Shown: positions 1 to 9,369 of the stretch, piece after piece
Layout: every line of letters starts with the position of its first letter
Position numbering within the stretch: position 1 is the stretch's first letter
Source: Proteromonas lacertae
Taxonomy: Eukaryota
Direction: 5' to 3'
NCBI GenBank assembly: GCA_002245135.1
Contig: NGBS01000914.1
Location: 1-48,836 of the forward strand
Length of the DNA: 48,836 nucleotides
Notes under the pieces: generated by a model
Databases searched by the model: none
What the model saw: only the letters and a program-made list of their open reading frames with translations
What the model was told of the DNA's origin: nothing
Translations under genes and position numbers: made by a program

Positions 1-62
1 TTTTACTAATACACCATAAAATACCAGTCATTGAGACAAGTTAAGAATTTGAATGATTTACT

Positions 63-230
63 TCAGGTTTTGGAATCATGCTTTGATAATTTGCTTTCTA
101 AAGCATTTCTTACATCTATAGTGAAGTTACCTCCATAACCTTCTACTAATCTTTTCATATATTGTACAGCTACTTCTTTAACATTGGTCTTATGACATTC
201 CGCTACAATAGGAATAATTTCTTTATTTAA
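63..230 (-). pseudogene. Fragment of an unknown locally repeated protein family (KEVAxxYMKRLVE...RNALESKLSK)
   Basis: Minus strand reads KEIIPIVAECHKTNVKEVAVQYMKRLVEGYGGNFTIDVRNALESKLSKHDSKT*. It is homologous to ORFs 1552-1743(-)/4585-4776(+) and a shorter copy at ~4230-4290. Confidence 0.5.
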
Positions 231-374
231 TATTTTTAGTCATTTTCTTTAATACTACAACAATAGCCTTATCTGAGCTATCAGCGTTATATTTTATAAA
301 TATTTTGGCTTCTTGCAATTTTATTTCATTTTTATCTAAACCACCATCTCTTAATCTTGATTTGCTACACTAAA

Positions 375-420
375 TATTCTCATCAAATAAGTATTGATAG
401 ATTGCCTTCTAAAAAACTAT
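375..420 (-). repeat. Short copy of the WW-domain exon start (with acceptor) of the coiled-coil/WW gene
   Basis: 375-405 (tattctcatcaaataagtattgatagattgc) is identical to 14686-14716, and similarity continues through the splice acceptor. Confidence 0.7.
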
Positions 421-692
421 AATATTAGCTTATAATTGTTGTTCCCGTAAGGCGGAACTCTATATTGCAGAATGATTGAATCAAAACTAATATGATATTC
501 ATGATGTTCGGAGTTAGTTATTTACAAATATATAGTTATTTTGTCATATGACCTACATCTGTGATATACTTTTTTATGAACTTCATTATTATAAATATTA
601 AACTAAATTTTGTATATTTTCTATTTTAATGTATTAGTCACTACTACAATCTAAAATACTTTATCTATTATGAATAGAATTCACTATTTTTA

Positions 693-936
693 ATGTTAAG
701 GCGGTTAAAAAATCAATAACCAAAATTTGAGTGGAAGCTTTTAGATTTGTAATAACTGTGACTTATATCCAATAACTGAATCTATATTACTAATTAAATG
801 CAATAAATTAAGCACTAAAAAGAAAGATTCTTAAAAAATAATAACTTAAAAACTATCACTATGCATGGTAAAGGTGGTTCTGCTCCTAGTTATAATTTAT
901 TAGACTTACATAATATCATACAAAATTATAATCTTG
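693..936 (+). mobile_element. pogo/Tigger (CENP-B-like) transposase relic, N-terminal HTH part
   Basis: Frameshifted translation RRLKNQ*PKFEWKLLD..YPITESILLIKC..RFLKNNNLKTITMHGKGGSA..LHNIIQNYNL matches the CENP-B HTH plus RFKxR..HGExxSA pattern. Confidence 0.65.
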
Positions 937-1790
937 TGGGAAGTTTGGGTTTAGACGCGTGTTCAAAATTTGAACTCGCCTAATCTAGTTAGAGTTTGAC
1001 TCTAATATTTATATTACCTGACTATAATGCTTAATTAAGAGATTCTGAGAAGATGGTAGGGATAGCACAACTTTTTTGGTCTAATTTCACGATCTTTTAA
1101 TGATTGAGCATTTTTGATTCCAACCTATTGTACATAATAACTGTACACAGGATCTCCAGTTTTTTATTAAATATTTACTATTAGATGAGAATGCTCAAAA
1201 TATAATGTGTGATAACACAAGCTCGGCTTGAATATTTTTTATATTTTATAAAATTTGAGCACCTGCCTCCTATAGGAAGCTAGGGCTTATTTTTGTTAAT
1301 TAATTAATAAATACTATTATTTTTAAACTGTTTGACTTATTTACTATCTGAATAAACTATCTTAAGCTCTATTTCAATCGTTTATCCCATAAAAACAATT
1401 TAACTAAGTCATTAAGACATATTATTTATAACTAACTGATAATTGAACCTTTTCTTAAAAAACAAATCATTCAACTAAATTTTGGCAATCTTGTATCTAT
1501 TCGAGGAAGTCAACATATTTTACATTTCATAGCTCTATTATTGTTAAATTATCACCTTCTTGAACATAATTTACTTACATTTATTAAACTACTAGCCATT
1601 GGATAAGTTAAGAATTTAGAATCATCTACTTCTCGTTTTATAATCATGAATTTTGATAATTTGCTTTCTAAAGCATTTCTTATACCTACAACGAAGTTAT
1701 CTCTATTGAATTGTAATTGATATACTTCTACTAATCTTTTCATATATTATAAAGCTACTTCTTTTATATTCAATTTACCTCTCATGATTT

Positions 1791-2014
1791 AGCTTTGAAT
1801 ATCTAGCTTTTACAACCATTCTTTAAAATTTCTCAGGTGTAAGAAGACCTTTATCATTGTAATTGTGATCTTATTAGCTTTACCAATACTCTCTTTTACA
1901 ACACTTACATTCAAAGTATTATTAGTTATTATATATTGTCATAGATTCTTCACCTTCAAACACTTGAATTAACACATCGAGTTGTTAATCACTGTATGTA
2001 CTAAATACTTGAGT
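1791..2014 (-). pseudogene. HSP70: HSP70 substrate-binding-domain fragment (left-arm copy)
   Basis: Reverse-complement copy of 4313-4537. Confidence 0.85.
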
Positions 2015-2769
2015 ATTATTAACTGAAATTTTGATATTAATTGTAATTAATTAACTTCTATTAATTCCTTTCATATATTCAAAAGCTAATTCTTTAACTT
2101 TGTATAACTTTTACTTTATTAAATCATCTCTTCTAAAAAACCTTTTTAAATCACTATAATTTCTTTTCTGTTCAATAAACAAGTCTCAATTATTACTTTA
2201 ACAAGCACACATTCCTATATTATAGTGAAATTCCCATTGCCCAAATATCACTCAATGGACTTATACTACCTGTTTTAATTGATTTGTTTAATATTTTTAT
2301 TGCATATTGATTCTTTGATGGATCTTCACATAATTCAACTAATTTCTTTATTATTTTATATTGATTGATATGTCCATTACCACTTTGATCTACTTGTAGC
2401 TTTCAATTTATTATTATATTCATTGATTTTTTATTTGTTTTTAAGGATTTAAATCATAATTCTATTTAAAAGATTAGATATTTCGTTTTCTTTCATTATC
2501 TCTTTATTAAATTAATTCAAACTCAATCGTTTTAAGCTCATTCCAATAATAATCGTCACTAGTAAATTTATCTAAACGTTGGTTCTACCAATTGTTAATC
2601 TTGAACTAGTTATTGTAGATAAATTGTAACTGAACCAGGAACATCAATAGGTCAATAGAAAAAACTAGCATCATCTATCAATAACTGAGCATATAAATAA
2701 GCGAATTTAAATATTCACGATTATTCTTCTTTTGATGAATGCTTTGTTGGGAATGTTTAAACTAACCAA

Positions 2770-3410
2770 CATAATTTATAGGTAATTGAACATTTCCAAA
2801 TGCAGAAGGAACTGGGATATACTTTAAATACTTACAATTTGAACAACGAATTGCGACTTTGATGGCTTTTGGTCTTTAAAGAGATGCACTGATTATAAGT
2901 CCTGATATACTGACTAGCTTGTTCACATGATTTGCCTATTATATATATGTACATTAAAAATCATTTCATTTATACATTAAATGATCGGATTGATATTGAG
3001 TTTTGTGAAAATTTTAATAAGACATTGATTGAGGGAGGATTTTCTGCATTTAACTCATTTTCTACTACTCTTTGAGCTGCAATTTCAAACTATTGATAAG
3101 TAATAATAATTGTTTAATGTACTTGTGGTAAATAACAATTTGTCTCTCTTTGTAATACATCAAGTAAAACATTGTTGAATACTCCTAGATGAGCTAAATT
3201 TATTTCTACAAAATATTCACCTCTGTTGAAATTTTCCAATAATGATTTTCTAGTGATAAGAATAATCAATATATTTATATATACCTGTAGATATAAATAT
3301 TGTTTTCACTATAATCTCTTAAAAACTCTTGAAACTTTGTTTTGAGCTTGTAAAGGTTCTAAAGCAGACGATTCACCATTAAAAATCTTTCATAAAGATA
3401 ACAAGCCTTC
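2770..3410 (-). pseudogene. MCM5: MCM5-like helicase subunit 5' fragment retaining three short introns
   Basis: Spliced translation FKSFLRDY..IYIYR|KSLLENFNRGEYFVEINLAHL..LPQ|FEIAAQ..SIRSFN|ANHVNKLVSISGLIISASL*RPKAIKVAIRCSNC..GNVQLP. It contains stops and ends before the AAA+ domain. Confidence 0.8.
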
Positions 3411-3539
3411 AAACTTTTTACCACTTTGTTTATTAATATTTCTTGAATTTAAAATTCTGGAAAGAAAATAACGGGATGTACGGGTTCTAGCCCTGTAGTA
3501 GTTCCAAATATTTTTGAATCTGAGGTAGAAATAAAAACA

Positions 3540-4110
3540 GTGAAGTTAAATATACATGAAAAAGCTTTTAAAAACCAAAATGGTGGAAGTCAACAGAATT
3601 CATCTCGAAACGAACCATTGTCATCTAATAATATAATAAAACCTTCAGTTAGACCACTTGGTCAATCTGTTGTAGGTGGTAGGCATACACATCAATCAAT
3701 AGGATCAGTTGGTATATCTTATTGTTCTGAAGAGTGTGATAATCCTGAAGTTTATGATTGGCTTACAAACGAATCACCTCGAAATTCCACAACCTCTCAT
3801 GAAAAAGAAGCTCGAAAAAATGTCAAAAAGTATAGTACAATACTTGTGATATAAGTGAAAATATTCATGGCAAAATTAAAACGTCATGTAACAATCGATA
3901 AGCCTATGGAGCAAACTAATTTATTAAAGTTACAAGTAGATCAAAGTGGTAATGGACATATCAATCAATATAAAATAATAAAGAAATTAGTTGAATTATG
4001 TGAAGATCCATCAAAGAATCAATATGCAATAAAATATTAAACAAATCAATTAAAACAGGTAGTATAAGTCCATTGAGTGATATTTGGGCAATGGGAATTT
4101 CACTATAATA
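3540..4110 (+). pseudogene. Internally deleted CaMKK/SAK1-like protein kinase fragment
   Basis: QTNLLKLQVDQSGNGHINQYKIIKKL-VELC..YAIK (Gly-rich loop missing) is joined almost directly to SDIWAMGISL* (subdomain IX). The part from 3926 is mirrored in the left arm. Confidence 0.65.
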
Positions 4111-4312
4111 TAGGAATGTGTGCTTGTTAAAGTAATAATTGAGACTTGTTTATTGAACAGAAAAGAAATTATAGTGATTTAAAAAGGTTTTTTAGAAGAG
4201 ATGATTTAACAAAGTAAAAGTTATACAAAGTTGAAGAATTAGCTTTTGAATATATGAAAGGATTAATAGAAGTTAATTAATTACAATTAATATCAAAATT
4301 TCAGTTAATAAT

Positions 4313-4537
4313 ACTCAAGTATTTAGTACATACAGTGATTAACAACTCGATGTGTTAATTCAAGTGTTTGAAGGTGAAGAATCTATGACAATATATAATA
4401 ACTAATAATGTTTTGAATGTAAGTGTTGTAAAAGAGAGTATTGGTAAAGCTAATAAAATCACAATTACAAATGATAAAGGTCTTCTTACACCTGAGAAAT
4501 TTTAAAGAATGGTTGTAAAAGCTAGATATTCAAAGCT
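4313..4537 (+). pseudogene. HSP70: HSP70 substrate-binding-domain fragment
   Basis: [25 protein letters not shown] ... [34 protein letters not shown]. It has two in-frame stops and the GIPPAPRG segment is deleted. Confidence 0.85.
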
Positions 4538-5402
4538 AAATCATGAGAGGTAAATTGAATATAAAAGAAGTAGCTTTATAATATATGAAAAGATTAGTAG
4601 AAGTATATCAATTACAATTCAATAGAGATAACTTCGTTGTAGGTATAAGAAATGCTTTAGAAAGCAAATTATCAAAATTCATGATTATAAAACGAGAAGT
4701 AGATGATTCTAAATTCTTAACTTATCCAATGGCTAGTAGTTTAATAAATGTAAGTAAATTATGTTCAAGAAGGTGATAATTTAACAATAATAGAAGCTAT
4801 GGAAATGTAAAATATGTTGACTTCCTCGAATAGATACAAGATTGCCAAAATTTAGTTGAATGATTTGTTTTTTAAGAAAAAGGTTCAATTATCAGTTAGT
4901 TATAAATAAATATGTCTTAATGACTTAGTTAAATTGTTTTTATGGGATAAACGATTGAAATAGAGCTTAAGATAGTTATTCAGATATTAAATAAGTCAAA
5001 CAGTTTAAAAAATAATAGTATTTATTAATTAATTAACAAAAATAAGCCCTAGCTTCCTATAGGAGGCAGGTGCTCAAATTTTATAAAATATAAAAAAATA
5101 TTCAAGCCGAGCTTGTGTTATCACACATTATATTTTGAGCATTCTCATCTAATAGTAAGATATTTAATAAAAAAACTGGAGATCCTGTGTACAGTTATTA
5201 TGTACAATAGGTTGGAATCAAAAATGCTCAAATCATTAAAAGATCGTGAAATTAGACCAAAAAAAGTTGTGCTATCCCTACCATCTTCTCAGAATCTCTT
5301 AATTAAGCAATTATAGTCAGGTAATATAAAATATTAGAGTCAAACTCTAACTAGATTAGGCGAGTTCAAATTTTGAACACGCGTCTAAACCCAAACTTCC
5401 CA

Positions 5403-5620
5403 ATTATCATTGCAGTTACAGCGAATATGACTAATTCGGTGAAGATATTATTACTTTTTATTGGAAAGTGTAAAAAGCCTACAACTATTTTAAACAGAAA
5501 AATGCATGAATGGATTCTTCTTGTCTTCAGGATTATATTGACAAAATATTCTTCCCATCTATAGGAAGAATAGATTATAAAAGAATACTGTTAATACTTG
5601 ATAATTTTAGCGATTATGCT
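5403..5620 (+). mobile_element. pogo/Tigger DDE_1 transposase relic, catalytic-domain part
   Basis: IIIAVTANMTNSVKILLLFIGKCKKP ... QKNA*MDSSCLQDYIDKIFFP..KRILLILDNFS matches the T..NATG.KL.L.IGK..P / KAWM / LLxLDN DDE_1 motifs. Confidence 0.8.
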
Positions 5621-6099
5621 AGGTGCTTGCTGTTGCGCTCCGTTTGTCATAGTTGGCAATTTGTCTACCAGATACTTTTAAAACAAACTAAATGTATATT
5701 CTTATTTGTCTTGATGAAAAATTGTTACTTTTATACTTACTTTGTTGAGGAGAACGGCTGTTCAAATTTTTAACACCCTATTTCTAGTGGTGTTACAGCC
5801 TTTATATTAAATTTCTTCTAGATATAGATAAGTAATTAAGAGTTTCTGAAGCTATCTGTGAATTTCGTTTACTTATGATTAATTCATTTTGACATTAGTT
5901 TTAAAATTGAGGTCCTAACAAAAGTGCATAATATCTGCATTTAGGACCTCCAATTATTTTCATAATAATATGTTTATTTAATGAAAAAATAAACAAAACA
6001 TTTTCACAAAGCAAACCTCAAGTTTGAATGATTATAAATTTTTTATTTTTTAAGCTCCTTATACAATACATGAATAAGAAATATTATTATGTGGTTTTA

Positions 6100-6265
6100 T
6101 GATTAATATACAAAGACAGAGTGGTGCTAGAATTAAAATATAGTGAATATGTTACATGTTATTTAATAGTTACTAGTCATTTTGGATAATTTAATTAAAA
6201 TGTCAAAGAGATAATTGTTTTTGGTTGCTACAATTAAATTGAATATGTAGTTGATGTAATTAACT
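6100..6265 (+). pseudogene. KH-domain fragment inside the inverted-repeat arm (mirror ~7655-7820, -)
   Basis: INIQRQSGARIKI* followed by KEIIVFGCYN*IEYVVDVIN resembles the second half of a KH domain. Confidence 0.45.
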
Positions 6266-6471
6266 AACAATGTTGATGATAAACATTGAGAATAGTAGCA
6301 GAATTAGGAATGATGTTTGAGAAGAAGATTTATTGAAATTTAAATGGTGAATCTGACACACCCACTTGCTTTTAGTTATTTAGCAAAGGAAAGAAAAATA
6401 ACAGTAACAACAGCTCTAGTAATAAACTTAATATCTGGATCTAATAGCCATTAGATTATTATGAAAATATT

Positions 6472-7188
6472 TTATTGTTTATTGCTACTATTGAAAGTTC
6501 CATCACAAACCAAAGTAGCATATTTTTGCAACCTTTCTTGGTCCATAATAACTAAAACTGTATCTTTATTTTTGTATACAGTATATTTTTGTTCAACATT
6601 AAAGAAAAATCTTCGCATCCCTTCTTCTTCATTTCTTAATTCTTTTTTGAAATTAATAACTTTTGTTTTTATCTGCTTTTCTAAATTATTAGTTATTCTA
6701 TATCTATCCTTAACTGTTTTAATAATATTTGGCAATAATGATTTTGTGTTCTCAGCCATTGAAATTACTTCATTTTCAATATCATTAGTCAATTTATAAA
6801 TTGTTCTTTTATCTATAATTCTATTCAACTTATGATTGTGAGATTTAAATTCAACTATTATTTCCTTAGTATAATCAACCTTAACGCAAAAATTACATCC
6901 TCCTTCATAATCACAGGAAAATGTTAATTCCTTCTTTGCATGACTTGAATAATGCACAATTGGTTTAAAACCTACTTGATACCCATAAAGATGAACGATA
7001 AAATAAACATCACCTTTCGTTTTGAACTTGGATTTAAATATATCTTCGTGTATATCTGCAAACTTCTTAAAAGGTGGGTATATTTTGCACACCTTTGCCA
7101 GCTCTTTACATCTGCCATCGACTATTGAGTGACTGTCCTTACTAACAGGAATCACTACACATTCATTTATAATTTCAATTTTATTCAT
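6472..7188 (-). mobile_element. Truncated Mutator (MULE) transposase ORF, 238 aa, intronless
   Basis: FAR1/WRKY-GCM1-type zinc module (YGYQVGF..FSC..GGCNFCVKV..HNH) followed by LVCDGTFN (first catalytic Asp), then a stop. Confidence 0.8.
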
Positions 7189-8674
7189 ACTGGTACAATT
7201 AGTTTATATAATTAGATATATGTAAATAAAAAATTACAGCTTTATTACAAAAACAAACAACAAAACTAGTAGAAATGCAATTCTTAATCAACCAAAATTT
7301 CCCCCAAATACCCCTTAATTTTATTATTAAAAAAGAATTATTAAGGATAACCAAGCAACACTATGTAGTATTCCATACAAGAAGAAAAATAAATATGTGT
7401 ATAAATAGCATATCTAAGATCTGTCTAAAAGAACATCTATAATCAAATCATATTCGATCCATATTACTTTATAATTAGATCCAGATATTAAGTTTATTAC
7501 TAGAGCTGTTGTTACTGTTATTTTTCTTTCCTTTGCTAAATAACTAAAAGCAAGTGGGTGTGTCAGATTCACCATTTAAATTTCAATAAATCTTCTTCTC
7601 AAACATCATTCCTAATTCTGCTACTATTCTCAATGTTTATCATCAACATTGTTAGTTAATTACATCAACTACATATTCAATTTAATTGTAGCAACCAAAA
7701 ACAATTATCTCTTTGACATTTTAATTAAATTATCCAAAATGACTAGTAACTATTAAATAACATGTAACATATTCACTATATTTTAATTCTAGCACCACTC
7801 TGTCTTTGTATATTAATCATAAAACCACATAATAATATTTCTTATTCATGTATTGTATAAGGAGCTTAAAAAATAAAAAAATTAAAATCATTCAAACTTG
7901 AGGTTTGCTTTGTGAAAATGTTTTGTTTATTTTTTCATTAATTAAACATATTATTACGAAAATAATTGGAGGTCCTAAATGCAGATATTATGCACTTTTG
8001 TTTGGACCTCAATTTTAAAACTAATGTCAAAATGAATTAATCATAAGTAAACGAAATTCACAGATAGCTTCAGAAACTCTTAATTACTTATCTATATCTA
8101 GAAGAAATTTAATATAAAGGCTGTAACACCACTAGAAATAGGGTGTTAAAAATTTGAACAGCCGTTCTCCTCAACAAAGTAAGTATAAAAGTAACAATTT
8201 TTCATCAAGACAAATAAGAATATACATTTAGTTTGTTTTAAAAGTATCTGGTAGACAAATTGCCAACTATGTCAAATAGCGCACAACACTTTCCAGAGGA
8301 TATTATTTTAACTACATTGGAAAACTACAATACAATAATTAGTATGCCTATCGAAAAATCAAGAGGAAAGCTAGAAATAGTTGTTGGTTGTAATCCTAAT
8401 GATCATGAAATACATAATGATCATTTGAATAATAAAACATAAGATATAAAGCTAAAAAAAGGTATAAACAATTTAATTAAATTATTATATAATTCAAAAG
8501 TAAGGGCATATATAAGCTCAGCATAAATAACCATATAGGGATATCACATTACCCCCTATCACATCAATAGAGTTGTGCATTTATTCAATTGCTGTATGTA
8601 AGAGAAGTAACATTTTAACTACTTCAAAATGTTTTGGAAAACGTGATTAAAATAAAATATTCAGATTATTACAT

Positions 8675-8887
8675 ATGGTAAAAGCCAAAGTCAATTCAGA
8701 TTCTGTCAACAAAGATCTATGTAAATTAATAACCTTCAATGCAGTCAGTACCACAATATTAGACTCACCAGAATTTAGAAGGTTTTGCTTCAAACTAGGA
8801 TATATTATACCTCTAAGAGAGTTTTATAATGCTTATTTATTTTCAGAAACTGAGAAAGTAAGAGACTTATTGAAGACAAATCATTAA
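8675..8887 (+). mobile_element. hAT transposase fragment (region after BED finger)
   Basis: LCKLITFNAVSTTILDSPEFRRFCFKLGYIIPLR..YL..ETEKVRDLL fits the hAT 'v...F..l....Y.lPsR' pattern. A CAGGG-type terminus lies nearby. Confidence 0.6.
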
Positions 8888-9189
8888 TATCCATAAATAG
8901 AGATTTATTATTATAATTACATTAATATTTGTTTTTTAGAGATAGTAATCAATATAAATTAATCATCAAAATAACTTGTTGTTTATAAATATGTTAAATA
9001 TCACTATTGAGTAGTTTGTAGATGAATTTTAATATATTAGTATAGATATTTATACAATTTCAACCAATCTTAGTCATAACTATAGTAACTAAAGTAAAAC
9101 AAGAAGCAGGAATAATATTTTATATAGTATGATAGTTTGTATAAAACAAATGTTACTCAGCATGTAATTAAAATAGATTTTAACAAAAT

Positions 9190-9275
9190 AATGCTCGAGG
9201 TTTGACCGACCAACGGTCAAAGCTAGATAATAGGTTTTACCTATAACCTATAGGTTACCTATTTATACAACCCTG
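9190..9275 (-). mobile_element. Probable hAT terminus with subterminal repeats
   Basis: Ends ...acaaccctg (CAGGGTTGT on -), with repeated acctata/taggtt motifs and a tttgaccg-N4-cggtcaaa hairpin. Homology to the paralogous LRR 3' flank (13446 onward) starts exactly at 9276. Confidence 0.55.
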
Positions 9276-9369
9276 ATAGAAAGTATTTAATATTAACAGA
9301 AAATATGAAAATATGTATAGTATAGTATGATAAACATTTTCATTATAGAGTAAAACAACTAAAAATCAA

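Larger units (their letters stand above)
937..5402. mobile_element. Foldback-like non-autonomous element: ~1.46-kb inverted arms (937-2403 / 3926-5402) carrying captured host-gene fragments
   Basis: Arms are near-identical reverse complements (tgggaagtttgggtttagacgcg ... cgcgtctaaacccaaacttccca). The element sits between two colinear halves of a pogo transposase. No TSD found. Confidence 0.7.
5634..8283. mobile_element. Mutator-like element with ~810-bp inverted repeats (5634-6445 / 7474-8283)
   Basis: Near-identical reverse-complement arms enclose a MULE transposase ORF. Outer ends are ragged and no TSD is evident. Confidence 0.65.

Noticed and set aside
693..5620. Stop-codon reassignment suggested by in-frame TAA/TGA in HSP70, MCM5 and pogo pieces
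   Set aside because: The stops co-occur with frameshifts and deletions only in relics. Intact genes read normally in the standard code.
8131..8160. TAGGGTGTT at 8139 as the left end of the hAT ending at 9275
   Set aside because: The TIR match is imperfect, the flanks (actagaaa vs atagaaag) are not identical, and the site lies inside another repeat arm.
925..8300. Target-site duplications around the two inverted-repeat elements
   Set aside because: Flanks (ataatcttg/attatcatt and the 5620s/8280s) show no matching direct repeat.
8260..8442. ORF with KSRGKLEIVVGCNPND, faintly like a MuDR core strand
   Set aside because: Too short, lacks the catalytic Asp context, and cannot be supported without a profile search.
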